64,000 nt of DNA, taken from NCBI GenBank assembly GCA_905618945.1, contig CAJQTF010000001.1:3282-67281 (forward strand). The letters are read 5' to 3'. The translations under genes were made by a program, and so were the position numbers. The notes under the pieces are model-generated. The model saw only the letters and a program-made list of their open reading frames with translations. It was not told where the DNA came from and did not search any database. This DNA is from an uncultured Methylophilaceae bacterium. GTDB taxonomy: Bacteria; Pseudomonadota; Gammaproteobacteria; Burkholderiales; Methylophilaceae. Shown in pieces: positions 11,346 through 21,253 of the stretch; position 1 is the stretch's first letter; each line of letters opens with the position of its first letter.

Positions 11346-11459
11346 CTCCAACTTAATCCGTTTAAATACTTAGCCTACATTTATAAGCTAACACCGCGGT
11401 CAGTATTGGGGCGCTAGCTAAATTTAAAATACGAGCGCCAAAAAGAAGCCTGCATTATA
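11346..11459 (-). promoter_or_regulatory. Structured spc-operon 5' leader (candidate S8-binding r-protein leader) with TATAAT -10 box
   Basis: TATAAT at 11454-11459; GGCGCT/AGCGCC hairpin; CCAATACTGACCG...CGGATTAAGTTGG stem reproducing the 16S h21 S8 core and pairing into the GGAG SD. Confidence 0.7.
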
Positions 11460-11494
11460 TGTTATTTTTATTAATAATCCTAACTTTGAGCTAT

Positions 11495-11860
11495 TTAGGT
11501 TTCTATCCTTGCTTTAGAAACTACTTTAGTCACAACCCAAGACTTACTTTTTGATATAGGTTTATGCTCGGTAATTTGAACCACATCACCCTCATTAATC
11601 TCATTTTTCTCATCATGTGCATGAAATTTATTTGATTGATTGATATATTTACCATACAAAGGATGTTTCACCTTTCTTTCAACAAGCACAGTAATTGTTT
11701 TATCCATCTTATTACTTGTAACTTTTCCAGTTACTGTTCTCTCAATTTTTTTAGCTACGGCCTTAACAGGGGCGGCCTTAACAGGGGCGGCCTTAACAGG
11801 GGCTTTTTTAGCTACAGTTTTAACAGGAGTTTTTTTAGTTGTTTTAGATTTATCTTCCAT
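11495..11860 (-). CDS. rpsQ: 30S ribosomal protein S17 with Lys/Ala/Pro-rich N-terminal extension
   Basis: [14 protein letters not shown]...HPLYGK...PISKSK; ATG 11860 has a GGGTGA SD (alternative start 11878). Confidence 0.96.
   Translation of the reverse strand: MEDKSKTTKKTPVKTVAKKAPVKAAPVKAAPVKAVAKKIERTVTGKVTSNKMDKTITVLVERKVKHPLYGKYINQSNKFHAHDEKNEINEGDVVQITEHKPISKSKSWVVTKVVSKARIET
11758..11802. repeat. 3 exact 15-bp tandem copies in rpsQ N-terminus (APVKA)
   Basis: cggccttaacagggg x3. Confidence 0.96.
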
Positions 11861-11880
11861 TTTTTCTTTATCACCCATAA

Positions 11881-12075
11881 TTATGCTTGTTTTAATTTTT
11901 CAGCAAGAATTGTTTTAATCCTAGCTATATCTTTTTGAAACTTTGCAATCTGATCAGTTTTATTAGATTGCTGAGTTGAGATTTGCATTCGAGCTGAAAA
12001 CTGAGCTTTCCTAACCTCAAGTAGCTCTTTTTCTAGATCATCAGTCGACTTTTTTCTTAAATCAATAGTTTTCAT
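11881..12075 (-). CDS. rpmC: 50S ribosomal protein L29
   Basis: LRKKS...KDIARIKT; position between rplP and rpsQ. Confidence 0.96.
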   Translation of the reverse strand: MKTIDLRKKSTDDLEKELLEVRKAQFSARMQISTQQSNKTDQIAKFQKDIARIKTILAEKLKQA

Positions 12076-12087
12076 TTTTTCTCCTTA

Positions 12088-12501
12088 TCAACCCACATGT
12101 CTAGTAGCAAAAACTGTTAATAATGGCAGTTTTGCTGCAGCTAATCTAAATGCTTCTCTTGCAATCTCTTCAGATACGCCATCCATCTCATACAACATTT
12201 TCCCAGGCTGAATTTCGGCTACATAGAATTCAACACTTCCCTTACCTTTACCCATTCTAACTTCAGCAGGTTTTTTTGTGATTGGTTTATCAGGGAAAAT
12301 TCTAATCCAAACTCGCCCACCTCTCTTAATGTGTCTAGTCATAACTCTTCTGGCAGCTTCTATTTGTCTAGCTGTAATCCTTCCTCTACCAATTGCTTTA
12401 AGTCCAAAATCACCAAAACTCACCTTATTACCAGTAGTCGCAAGGCCTCGATTTCTTCCTTTATGTTGTTTTCTAAATTTACTTCTAGCCGGCTGTAACA
12501 T
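12088..12501 (-). CDS. rplP: 50S ribosomal protein L16
   Basis: [38 protein letters not shown]. Confidence 0.99.
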   Translation of the reverse strand: MLQPARSKFRKQHKGRNRGLATTGNKVSFGDFGLKAIGRGRITARQIEAARRVMTRHIKRGGRVWIRIFPDKPITKKPAEVRMGKGKGSVEFYVAEIQPGKMLYEMDGVSEEIAREAFRLAAAKLPLLTVFATRHVG

Positions 12502-12503
12502 CG

Positions 12504-13343
12504 TTATGCCCCATCTTTCTTAGATTCATCATTTACTTCTTTAGGCGTTTCCTCTAAAGCTACTTTTTTCTTTACTGCAACCTTAACTGTTTTCTTTTCT
12601 GTCACCCCGTCTGCTTTCTTCGAAACAGTTTTAACAGTTTTCTTCGGAGCCCCTTTAGGTTTATCTTCTATTTTTTGCTCTACTTCACTTTCATTAATAG
12701 TAACTTTTTTATTATCTTCAAATATCTCGCCTTTAAATACCCAAACTTTAATTCCAATAATACCGTAGGTTGTTTGAGCTCTAGCAACACCGTAATCTAT
12801 ATCAGCACGAAGTGTATGAAGAGGAACTCTTCCTTCTCTATACCATTCTGATCGAGCAATTTCAATTCCGTTTAATCTTCCAGCACTTTTAATTTTAATT
12901 CCCTGTGCTCCCAATCTCATTGCATTTTGCATAGCTCTTTTCATTGCTCTTCTGAACATAACTCTCTTTTCAAGTTGTTGAGCAATGCTCTGTGCAATTA
13001 ATGTGGCATCTATTTCTGGCTTTCTAACTTCCTCAATGTTTAATTGAACAGGTATTCCCATTAGCCCTTGAAGGCTGGAACGAAGAGTTTCAATATCTTC
13101 ACCTTTTTTCCCAATTACAATACCTGGGCGAGCACTATAAATTGTAATCTTTGCATTTTTAGCTGGACGTTCAATTATTATTTTACTCACAGCTGCATTG
13201 ATTAATTTTTTATTTAAGAACTCTCTGACTTTTATATCATTAAGTAATAGTGCAGAAAAGTTCTTTGAATTTGAGAACCATTTAGATGACCAGTTTTTTT
13301 TAATTGCTAATCGAAAACCAATTGGATTTACTTTTTGTCCCAT
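12504..13343 (-). CDS. rpsC: 30S ribosomal protein S3 with long charged C-terminal tail
   Basis: [35 protein letters not shown]. Confidence 0.99.
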   Translation of the reverse strand: MGQKVNPIGFRLAIKKNWSSKWFSNSKNFSALLLNDIKVREFLNKKLINAAVSKIIIERPAKNAKITIYSARPGIVIGKKGEDIETLRSSLQGLMGIPVQLNIEEVRKPEIDATLIAQSIAQQLEKRVMFRRAMKRAMQNAMRLGAQGIKIKSAGRLNGIEIARSEWYREGRVPLHTLRADIDYGVARAQTTYGIIGIKVWVFKGEIFEDNKKVTINESEVEQKIEDKPKGAPKKTVKTVSKKADGVTEKKTVKVAVKKKVALEETPKEVNDESKKDGA

Positions 13344-13353
13344 AATTATCTCT

Positions 13354-13689
13354 TTAACTTCCTACAATCACAGTAATGTGACTAGTTGGTTTAATAATTT
13401 TCGCTGCACGACCCTTAGATTGCGCACGAATCCGTTTTAAAACTGCACCTTTATTAATATAAATGGTTTTAATTTTAAGCTCATCTATATCGGCACCGTT
13501 ATTATTCTCTGCATTGGCAATTGCAGACTCAACTACCCTCTTAATAATTTCAGCACCTTTTTTTGGGCTAAAATTAAGAATATCAAGAGCATTGCCTACC
13601 TTCTTCCCTCTAATGAGGTCAGCTACTAATCTAGCTTTTTGTGGAGAAATTCTTACTCCATTTAAAATTGCTGAAACTTCATTTGCCAT
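13354..13689 (-). CDS. rplV: 50S ribosomal protein L22
   Basis: [31 protein letters not shown]. Confidence 0.98.
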   Translation of the reverse strand: MANEVSAILNGVRISPQKARLVADLIRGKKVGNALDILNFSPKKGAEIIKRVVESAIANAENNNGADIDELKIKTIYINKGAVLKRIRAQSKGRAAKIIKPTSHITVIVGS

Positions 13690-13691
13690 AA

Positions 13692-13967
13692 TTATTCCTT
13701 TGTCTTCCTGTCACCAGTGTGACCTTTAAAGGTCCTGGTTAATGCAAACTCACCTAATTTGTGTCCCACCATATTTTCTACGATTAATACTGGAATATGC
13801 TGACGTCCATTGTGAATAGCTATTGTTAAACCAATAAAATTGGGGAGTATTGTTGATCGTCTTGACCAGGTTTTAATTGGTTTACGATCTCTGCTCTCAG
13901 CTGCAATAAATACTTTTTTTGCAAGATGTGAGTCAACAAATGGTCCTTTTTTAATTGAGCGTGACAT
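13692..13967 (-). CDS. rpsS: 30S ribosomal protein S19
   Basis: [27 protein letters not shown]. Confidence 0.99.
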   Translation of the reverse strand: MSRSIKKGPFVDSHLAKKVFIAAESRDRKPIKTWSRRSTILPNFIGLTIAIHNGRQHIPVLIVENMVGHKLGEFALTRTFKGHTGDRKTKE

Positions 13968-13972
13968 ATTTT

Positions 13973-14806
13973 CTACCTTTTATTTGATGGTCTACGACTG
14001 AGTCTCATATTATCAGTCCGTTTATTATTTCGTGTACGGTATCCCTTAGTTGGAGTACCCCAAGGACTTACTGGATGACGACCTCCAGAACTTTTTCCTT
14101 CACCACCGCCATGTGGGTGATCAACTGGATTCATAACTACACCTCTAACAGTTGGGCGAACACCTCTCCACCTCATAGCTCCAGCTTTACCAATAGATCT
14201 TAATGAATGTTCTTCGTTACCAACTTCACCAATTGTTGCCCTACAATCTGAATGTACTTTTCTTACCTCTCCCGATCGTAATCTTAATTGCGCATACGCC
14301 CCTTCACGAGCAAGAAGTTGTACTGAGGTTCCAGCAGACCTAGCCATTTGAGCTCCCTTGCCTGGCTTTAATTCTATGCAATGTAATGTGCTACCGACTG
14401 GAATATTTTTAAGTGGAAGAGTATTGCCAACCTTAAAAGGTGCATCGATACCATTCATTAATTCCTCACCAGCTTTAACGCCTTTTGGTGCAATAATATA
14501 CTTTCTTTCTCCGTCAGCGTAACAAAGTAATGCTAAACGAGCTGAACGGCCTGGATCATATTCTATCCTTTCAACTTTTGCTGGTATACCATCTTTAATT
14601 CTCTTAAAATCAACTATTCGAATATGTTGTTTATGTCCGCCACCCTGGTGTCTAACTGTTATTCTGCCATGATGATTACGCCCAGCTTTACTATGCTTTT
14701 TCTCTAGCAATGGTGCAAAAGGTTTACCCTTATGCAAATCTGGTGTTACTACCTTCTGAAGCCCACGTCTACCAGGTGAGGTTGGTTTTACTTTTATAAT
14801 TGCCAT
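13973..14806 (-). CDS. rplB: 50S ribosomal protein L2
   Basis: [17 protein letters not shown]. Confidence 0.99.
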   Translation of the reverse strand: MAIIKVKPTSPGRRGLQKVVTPDLHKGKPFAPLLEKKHSKAGRNHHGRITVRHQGGGHKQHIRIVDFKRIKDGIPAKVERIEYDPGRSARLALLCYADGERKYIIAPKGVKAGEELMNGIDAPFKVGNTLPLKNIPVGSTLHCIELKPGKGAQMARSAGTSVQLLAREGAYAQLRLRSGEVRKVHSDCRATIGEVGNEEHSLRSIGKAGAMRWRGVRPTVRGVVMNPVDHPHGGGEGKSSGGRHPVSPWGTPTKGYRTRNNKRTDNMRLSRRPSNKR

Positions 14807-14816
14807 CTATTTTTCC

Positions 14817-15188
14817 CTATTCACCCGTAAAATTAATTTCTTGCCCAGCTTTAATACTCACATAGGCCTTTTTCCAGTCAGCTCTTTTACCCATAGTGTT
14901 CCGACTAGCTTTTTTTGTTTTACCTTTAACGTTTATTAGATTTACAGCTTTAACATCTACTTTAAACATCGTTTCAATTGCTTCTTTTACTTGAACTTTT
15001 GTTGCATTTTTTCTTACCTTAAAGATTACCTGATTAAGCTTATCTGCAACCATAGTTGCCTTCTCAGTGACGTGGGGAGATAAAACTGATTGTAGTGATT
15101 TATCAGCTACTTTTTTAACAGCTACTTTCTTCTCAGCTACTTTTTTAACAGCTACTTTCTTCTCAGCTACTTTTTTATCTTCACTCAC
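14817..15188 (-). CDS. rplW: 50S ribosomal protein L23 with repeat N-terminal extension (GTG start overlapping rplD stop)
   Basis: [22 protein letters not shown]. Confidence 0.97.
   Translation of the reverse strand: MSEDKKVAEKKVAVKKVAEKKVAVKKVADKSLQSVLSPHVTEKATMVADKLNQVIFKVRKNATKVQVKEAIETMFKVDVKAVNLINVKGKTKKASRNTMGKRADWKKAYVSIKAGQEINFTGE
15103..15177. repeat. 2.5 exact 30-bp tandem copies (five 15-bp subunits) in rplW N-terminus ([10 protein letters not shown])
   Basis: tcagctacttttttaacagctactttcttc x2 plus a half copy. Confidence 0.95.
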
Positions 15189-15811
15189 GCAAACATCTCC
15201 TCTAGTTGTTTCACGGAACCAGTAGTTGCAATAACTTTTGGAAAGTGCACTAAACTTACTGGGTCAGCAAAGCGTGCTTCAATAACTAAAATATGTGGAA
15301 GATTTCTTGATGCTAAGTAAAGATTTTCATCGAATGAATCAACTAAAATTAAAACTCTATCTGTAACACCTAGTGATTTCATTTTCGTAATAAAAGCTTT
15401 GGTTTTAGGTGCTTCAACCTTAAATTCTTCAACAATTGATAGGCGATCCTGTCTAACTAATTCCGAAAGGATAGATTTCATACCTACACGATAAGCTTTT
15501 TTATTAATTTTCTTTACAAAGTTTTCATCTGTTCTGTTTGGAAATGCCCTACCTCCACCTCGCCAAACTGGACTCGAAGTCATACCAGCTCTTGCATTAC
15601 CAGTTCCTTTTTGTCTATAAGGCTTTCTGGTACTATGCTTTACTTCAGCTCTTGTTTTTTGTGATCTCGTTCCTGAACGCGCATTTGACATGTAAGACAC
15701 TACTAATTTATGAATTAAAGCTTCATTAAAGTCTTCGCCAAATATCGCATCGGATGCGGTAAGTGTTTTTTTTGATAATTTACCCTGATTATCTAATATT
15801 TTAAATTCCAT
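15185..15811 (-). CDS. rplD: 50S ribosomal protein L4
   Basis: [14 protein letters not shown]...SPVWRGGG. Confidence 0.98.
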   Translation of the reverse strand: MEFKILDNQGKLSKKTLTASDAIFGEDFNEALIHKLVVSYMSNARSGTRSQKTRAEVKHSTRKPYRQKGTGNARAGMTSSPVWRGGGRAFPNRTDENFVKKINKKAYRVGMKSILSELVRQDRLSIVEEFKVEAPKTKAFITKMKSLGVTDRVLILVDSFDENLYLASRNLPHILVIEARFADPVSLVHFPKVIATTGSVKQLEEMFA

Positions 15812-16461
15812 TAAGCACCCGCCTTAACTTTAACTGCAGGCCTTATCATTATATCTGAACCCTTTGAACCAGGGACAGCACCCTTAATTAGAATTAAATT
15901 TCTCTTCGAATCAACTCGGACAACCTCAAGGTTTTGTGTTGTTCTTCTTTTATCTCCAAGATGTCCTGGCATTTTTTTACCCGGAAAGACTCGGCCTGGA
16001 TCTTGGCATTGGCCTGTCCCACCTAAGTGTCTATGTGAAATTGATACACCATGAGTTGCTGGTTGTGCTGCAAAATGATGTCTTTTAATAGCGCCCTGAA
16101 ATCCTTTACCAATAGTGGTGCCAGTAACATCTACTTTTTGGCCTTCTTGAAAGATTTCAACAGTATTCTTAGATTCAGTTGTGAAGTTTGCTAAGTCAGC
16201 TGATGGAATTCTAAACTCATGAAGTCCAGTTCCTGCCTCCGCTCCAACTTTTGCATAATGGCCTGCTAAAGGCTTAGATAGCTTATTCGGTTTTTTTTGA
16301 CCGTAAGCAATCTGAAGGCTTTCATAACCATCATTTTTGATATTCTTGATCTGTGTCACGCGATTTGGAATAACTTCTAGCACAGTTACTGGAATTGAAT
16401 TACCTTCAACAGTAAATACACGGGTCATCCCGATCTTGCGACCAATAAGCCCTAAGCTCAT
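15811..16461 (-). CDS. rplC: 50S ribosomal protein L3
   Basis: [34 protein letters not shown]. Confidence 0.98.
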   Translation of the reverse strand: MSLGLIGRKIGMTRVFTVEGNSIPVTVLEVIPNRVTQIKNIKNDGYESLQIAYGQKKPNKLSKPLAGHYAKVGAEAGTGLHEFRIPSADLANFTTESKNTVEIFQEGQKVDVTGTTIGKGFQGAIKRHHFAAQPATHGVSISHRHLGGTGQCQDPGRVFPGKKMPGHLGDKRRTTQNLEVVRVDSKRNLILIKGAVPGSKGSDIMIRPAVKVKAGA

Positions 16462-16492
16462 GATCTTTTCCTTATATTATTATTATTAAGAT

Positions 16493-16561
16493 AACCGATT
16501 ACAATTGATCGGTTTCTTTAAAAAGAGCGCTATTATATACCAACGCTTGCGTTTCTTACAA
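16493..16561 (-). promoter_or_regulatory. Putative internal promoter and leader hairpin upstream of rplC
   Basis: TTGTAA-18-TATAAT (16556-16561 / 16532-16537), GC-rich discriminator AGCGC, hairpin AACCGAT-caattgta-ATCGGTT. Confidence 0.55.
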
Positions 16562-16864
16562 CTTTATTTCGACATCAACTCCTGCAGGTAAATCTAATTT
16601 CATTAAAGCATCAACTGTTTTATCAGTCGGGTCTACTATGTCCATTAATCTTTGGTGAGTTCTAATTTCAAATTGATCTCGGGCTTTCTTATAGACATGA
16701 GGGGAGCTTAATAAATCAAATCTTTCTATTCTTGTAGGAAGTGGGACTGGGCCCTTAACAACGGCACCAGTTCTTTTTGCTGTATCAACAATCTCCTGAG
16801 CAGATTGATCAATTAATTTATAATCAAATGCTTTTAATCTAATTCTAATTTTCTGACTATCCAT
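16556..16864 (-). CDS. rpsJ: 30S ribosomal protein S10
   Basis: [28 protein letters not shown]. Confidence 0.99.
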   Translation of the reverse strand: MDSQKIRIRLKAFDYKLIDQSAQEIVDTAKRTGAVVKGPVPLPTRIERFDLLSSPHVYKKARDQFEIRTHQRLMDIVDPTDKTVDALMKLDLPAGVDVEIKL

Positions 16865-16942
16865 TTCTTATATCCTTCTAAAGAGCGAATACTCATTTCA
16901 GAGTATTATTTTATTTAAAATCTAACTTTTTATTCAATATCT

Positions 16943-18133
16943 CTATTCAATAACTTTTACCACCACACCAGAGCCAACGGTTCTTCCGCCTTCACGAATA
17001 GCAAATCGCAAACCTTCTTCCATAGCAATTGGGGCAATTAGTGTTCCAGTAATTGATACGTTATCTCCTGGCATTACCATTTCTGTTCCTTCTGGCAATT
17101 CAACTGCACCAGTTACATCTGTTGTTCTAAAGTAAAATTGTGGGCGATATCCATTAAAGAATGGAGTATGTCTTCCACCTTCGTCCTTACTTAAACAATA
17201 AATTTCTGCTGTGAATTTAGTATGTGGCTTTATTGAGCCTGGTTTACATAAAACCTGCCCACGCTCCACATCCTCACGAGCTGTTCCACGAAGTAACACA
17301 CCTACGTTATCTCCTGCTTGACCTTGATCAAGTAATTTACGGAACATTTCAACACCTGTACAAATTGTTTTTACCGTATCTTTTAAACCAACAATTTCAA
17401 TTTCTTCATTAATTTTCACAACCCCACGTTCAACACGCCCAGTCACTACAGTGCCTCGGCCTGAGATCGAGAACACATCTTCTACTGGCATTAAAAATGC
17501 ACCATCAATTGCTCTTACTGGTTCTGGGAAATAGCTATCTAACGCTTCAGCCAATTTAAGAATTGCTGGCTCACCTATATCTGACTGGTCACCTTCTAAT
17601 GCTTTAGTAGCAGAACCCATGATGATAGGAATATCATCCCCAGGGAAATCGTATTTACTAAGCAGTTCACGTACTTCCATCTCAACTAACTCAAGTAGCT
17701 CTTTATCATCTACCATATCGGCTTTATTCAAGAACACAACAATATGAGGCACACCCACTTGCCTTGCAAGTAGAATATGTTCGCGTGTTTGTGGCATTGG
17801 TCCGTCAGCGGCAGAACACACAAGTATTGCACCGTCCATTTGAGCGGCACCGGTAATCATATTCTTTACATAATCAGCATGGCCTGGACAGTCAACGTGA
17901 GCGTAATGGCGTTTATCTGTTTCATATTCAACGTGTGAAGTATTAATTGTTATACCACGTGCTTTTTCTTCTGGAGCTGAATCAATTTCAGCAAAGTTTT
18001 TTGCATCGCCACCGAACTTTTTAGTTAGTACAGTTGAGATTGCAGCTGTTAGTGTAGTTTTCCCATGATCAACGTGACCAATAGTGCCAACGTTAACATG
18101 TGGTTTGGTACGCTCAAATTTACCTTTAGCCAT
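16943..18133 (-). CDS. tuf: Elongation factor Tu (str-operon copy)
   Basis: [24 protein letters not shown]. Confidence 0.99.
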   Translation of the reverse strand: MAKGKFERTKPHVNVGTIGHVDHGKTTLTAAISTVLTKKFGGDAKNFAEIDSAPEEKARGITINTSHVEYETDKRHYAHVDCPGHADYVKNMITGAAQMDGAILVCSAADGPMPQTREHILLARQVGVPHIVVFLNKADMVDDKELLELVEMEVRELLSKYDFPGDDIPIIMGSATKALEGDQSDIGEPAILKLAEALDSYFPEPVRAIDGAFLMPVEDVFSISGRGTVVTGRVERGVVKINEEIEIVGLKDTVKTICTGVEMFRKLLDQGQAGDNVGVLLRGTAREDVERGQVLCKPGSIKPHTKFTAEIYCLSKDEGGRHTPFFNGYRPQFYFRTTDVTGAVELPEGTEMVMPGDNVSITGTLIAPIAMEEGLRFAIREGGRTVGSGVVVKVIE

Positions 18134-18151
18134 AATATATTGTCCTTAAAA

Positions 18152-20242
18152 TTACTGTTTATTAATAATTGCATCCGCAATATTTCTTGGTGCTTCTGCG
18201 TAATGTTTAAACTCCATCGAGTAAGTAGCTCGTCCTTGTGATAAAGATCTTACAGTAGTTGAATATCCAAACATCTCTGCAAGAGGAACCTCTAAACGAA
18301 GTACTTTTCCTGTAGCGTTATCATCCATTCCTTGAATAATTCCTCTCCTAGAAGATAAATCACCCATCACATCGCCCATATATTCTTCTGGAGTTTCAAC
18401 TTCAACCGCCATCATTGGTTCTAAAATAATTGGGTCTGCTTTTTTGCATCCATCTTTGAATGCAAATGATGCTGCCATTTTAAATGCATTCTCGTTTGAG
18501 TCAACATCATGAAACGATCCATCATAAAGGGTTACTTTAACATCCTCAACTGGGTATCCAGCTAGCACGCCCGATGTAATTGTTTCTTTTAAGCCTTTAT
18601 CTACTGCAGGTATAAACTCTCTTGGTACAGCTCCGCCTTTTATTGCATCAATAAATTCGTAGCCTTTTCCTGCACCATTTGGTTCAATCTTAAGCCATAC
18701 ATGCCCATATTGGCCTTTACCGCCAGATTGTTTAACGAATTTTCCTTCAGCTTCTACTGTTTTCTTAATTGCTTCACGATAGGCTACTTGAGGTGCTCCT
18801 ATATTTGCATCAACCGTAAATTCGCGCTTCATTCTGTCAACCAAAATTTCTAAATGAAGCTCTCCCATTCCTGAGATAATTGTTTGATTAGTTTCCTCGT
18901 CTGTTTTAACCCTAAACGAAGGATCTTCTTGAGCAAGCCTTCCTAAAGCAATTCCCATTTTTTCTTGATCTGCTTTCGTTTTTGGTTCTACCGCAACATG
19001 GATTACTGGTTCTGGAAAAATCATACGTTCAAGAATAATTGGTTTTTTTAAATCACAAAGCGTTTCACCCGTAGTAACGTCTTTCAATCCAACGGCTGCA
19101 GCTATATCACCTGCACGAACTTCTTTAATTTCTTCTCGATTATTAGCATGCATCTGAAGAATACGTCCGATCCGCTCTTTTTTCCCATTAATTGAATTTA
19201 ATACTGTATCGCCAGCTTTGACCACCCCAGAATAAACTCTAAAGAAAATTAATTGGCCAACAAATGGATCTGTTGCAATTTTAAACCCTAAGGCAGCAAA
19301 TGGTGCATCATCTGATGGTTTACATGTGATTGCGTTGCCTGATTCATCCTCACCCGGAGTTTCATCTATATCAATAGGTGAAGGCATGTATTCAATTACC
19401 CCATCAAGCATTGCTTGAACACCTTTGTTTTTAAATGCTGATCCACATACCATAGGAACAATTTCATTCGCTAAGGTTCTAATTCGTATCCCTTGTTTTA
19501 TTTCTACTTCAGACAAGTCCCCTGTCTCAATATATTTATTCATTAAATCTTCATTTGCTTCAGCAGCGGTTTCTATCATATTATCTCGCCACTTTTTACA
19601 AGTATCAACTAATTCAGATGGTATATCCTTATACTCAAAAGTAACTCCATTATCTGCCTCATTCCAAATAATTGCTTTCATTTTTACAAGATCAACAACG
19701 CCCGTAAAGGTCTCGGCAGCGCCAATTGGAACTTGGATAGGGATTGGGTTTGCTTTTAATCTTGACTTCATTTGATCATAAACTTTAAAAAAGTCTGCTC
19801 CAGCACGATCCATTTTATTTACAAATGCAAGTCGAGGGACTTTATATTTATTTGCTTGACGCCATACAGTTTCTGATTGTGGCTGGACTCCTCCAACTGC
19901 ACAATAAACCATACAAGCTCCATCTAAAACACGCATTGAACGTTCAACTTCAATTGTAAAGTCAACGTGTCCAGGGGTATCGATAATGTTGATACGATGT
20001 TGTTCAAACTGATTGCTCATCCCTTTCCAGAAGCATGTTGTGGCAGCAGAGGTAATTGTTATTCCTCTTTCTTGCTCTTGCTCCATCCAATCCATGGTTG
20101 CCGCGCCATCATGCACTTCACCAATTTTGTGATTAACACCTGTATATAGCAAAACTCTCTCTGTTGTTGTTGTTTTACCAGCATCAATATGAGCACTAAT
20201 ACCTATATTTCTGTAACGTTCAATGGGGGTTATTCGAGCCAC
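18152..20242 (-). CDS. fusA: Elongation factor G (GTG start)
   Basis: [25 protein letters not shown]. Confidence 0.99.
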   Translation of the reverse strand: MARITPIERYRNIGISAHIDAGKTTTTERVLLYTGVNHKIGEVHDGAATMDWMEQEQERGITITSAATTCFWKGMSNQFEQHRINIIDTPGHVDFTIEVERSMRVLDGACMVYCAVGGVQPQSETVWRQANKYKVPRLAFVNKMDRAGADFFKVYDQMKSRLKANPIPIQVPIGAAETFTGVVDLVKMKAIIWNEADNGVTFEYKDIPSELVDTCKKWRDNMIETAAEANEDLMNKYIETGDLSEVEIKQGIRIRTLANEIVPMVCGSAFKNKGVQAMLDGVIEYMPSPIDIDETPGEDESGNAITCKPSDDAPFAALGFKIATDPFVGQLIFFRVYSGVVKAGDTVLNSINGKKERIGRILQMHANNREEIKEVRAGDIAAAVGLKDVTTGETLCDLKKPIILERMIFPEPVIHVAVEPKTKADQEKMGIALGRLAQEDPSFRVKTDEETNQTIISGMGELHLEILVDRMKREFTVDANIGAPQVAYREAIKKTVEAEGKFVKQSGGKGQYGHVWLKIEPNGAGKGYEFIDAIKGGAVPREFIPAVDKGLKETITSGVLAGYPVEDVKVTLYDGSFHDVDSNENAFKMAASFAFKDGCKKADPIILEPMMAVEVETPEEYMGDVMGDLSSRRGIIQGMDDNATGKVLRLEVPLAEMFGYSTTVRSLSQGRATYSMEFKHYAEAPRNIADAIINKQ

Positions 20243-20263
20243 TTAATTATACCTTTAACAAAA

Positions 20264-20734
20264 TTAAAAACGGAAATGTGAGAAGGCTTTGTTTGCTTCA
20301 GCCATACGATGAACTTCTTCTCTTTTTTTCATCGCTGACCCTTTATTCTCAGAAGCTTCCATAAGTTCAGCTGCTAAGCGGAGATCCATTGATTTTTCAC
20401 CTCTTTTCCTCGATGCATCTCTCAACCACCTCATCGCAAGAGCTGCTCGTCGTGAAGGCCTTACCTCAACTGGTACCTGATAATTTGCTCCACCTACACG
20501 CCTACTCTTTACCTCTACTAATGGTTTTAAATTTTCAATAGCTAATGAAAATACTTCAATTGGATCCTTGCCACTTTTTGTTTGTATTTGATCGAATGCA
20601 CCATAAATTAATCTTTCTGCAACCGATTTTTTGCCGCTAGTCATCAATACATTTACAAACTTAGATACCTCTTGGCTTCCAAATTTTGGATCTTGAAGGA
20701 TGAGTCTTTTTGGAACTTCTCTACGTCTTGGCAT
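20264..20734 (-). CDS. rpsG: 30S ribosomal protein S7
   Basis: [23 protein letters not shown]. Confidence 0.99.
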   Translation of the reverse strand: MPRRREVPKRLILQDPKFGSQEVSKFVNVLMTSGKKSVAERLIYGAFDQIQTKSGKDPIEVFSLAIENLKPLVEVKSRRVGGANYQVPVEVRPSRRAALAMRWLRDASRKRGEKSMDLRLAAELMEASENKGSAMKKREEVHRMAEANKAFSHFRF

Positions 20735-20757
20735 ATCTTGTAACCTCTATATTTAAA

Positions 20758-21135
20758 TTAAGATTCTTTTGGGCGTTTAGTCCCATATTTAGAACGACCT
20801 TGTTTCCTATCTTTTACTCCTGAAGTATCTAAATTCCCTCGAACCATATGGTATCTAACGCCAGGTAAATCTTTCACTCGGCCGCCACGAAGTAAAACAA
20901 CTGAATGCTCCTGCAGGTTATGCCCTTCACCGCCAATATAACTAATCACTTCGTATCCAGTAGTTAAGCGAACCTTAGCTACTTTTCTTAAAGCAGAATT
21001 TGGTTTTTTTGGCGTAGTGGTATACACGCGCGTACAAACCCCTCTTTTTTGTGGGGACGCTTCAAGCGCAGGAACCTTACTCTTTTCAATAATTCTCTTC
21101 CTAGGCTTACGTATTAACTGATTAATTGTAGGCAT
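20758..21135 (-). CDS. rpsL: 30S ribosomal protein S12
   Basis: [25 protein letters not shown]. Confidence 0.99.
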   Translation of the reverse strand: MPTINQLIRKPRKRIIEKSKVPALEASPQKRGVCTRVYTTTPKKPNSALRKVAKVRLTTGYEVISYIGGEGHNLQEHSVVLLRGGRVKDLPGVRYHMVRGNLDTSGVKDRKQGRSKYGTKRPKES

Positions 21136-21218
21136 TACCTATCCTTTTATTTATTATACTTTTATTAAAACAATCTAATTCTAAACTTTTCCAGAAATTA
21201 ATTCCTGAAAAGTCCAGA

Positions 21219-21247
21219 ATTTTATTTTGCTTCGCTCATAATGTCAA
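21219..21247 (-). promoter_or_regulatory. sigma70 promoter of str operon
   Basis: TTGACA-17 bp-TAAAAT just after the rpoC stop, followed by a 5' hairpin (about 21185-21213). Confidence 0.8.
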
Positions 21248-21253
21248 CTTAAA

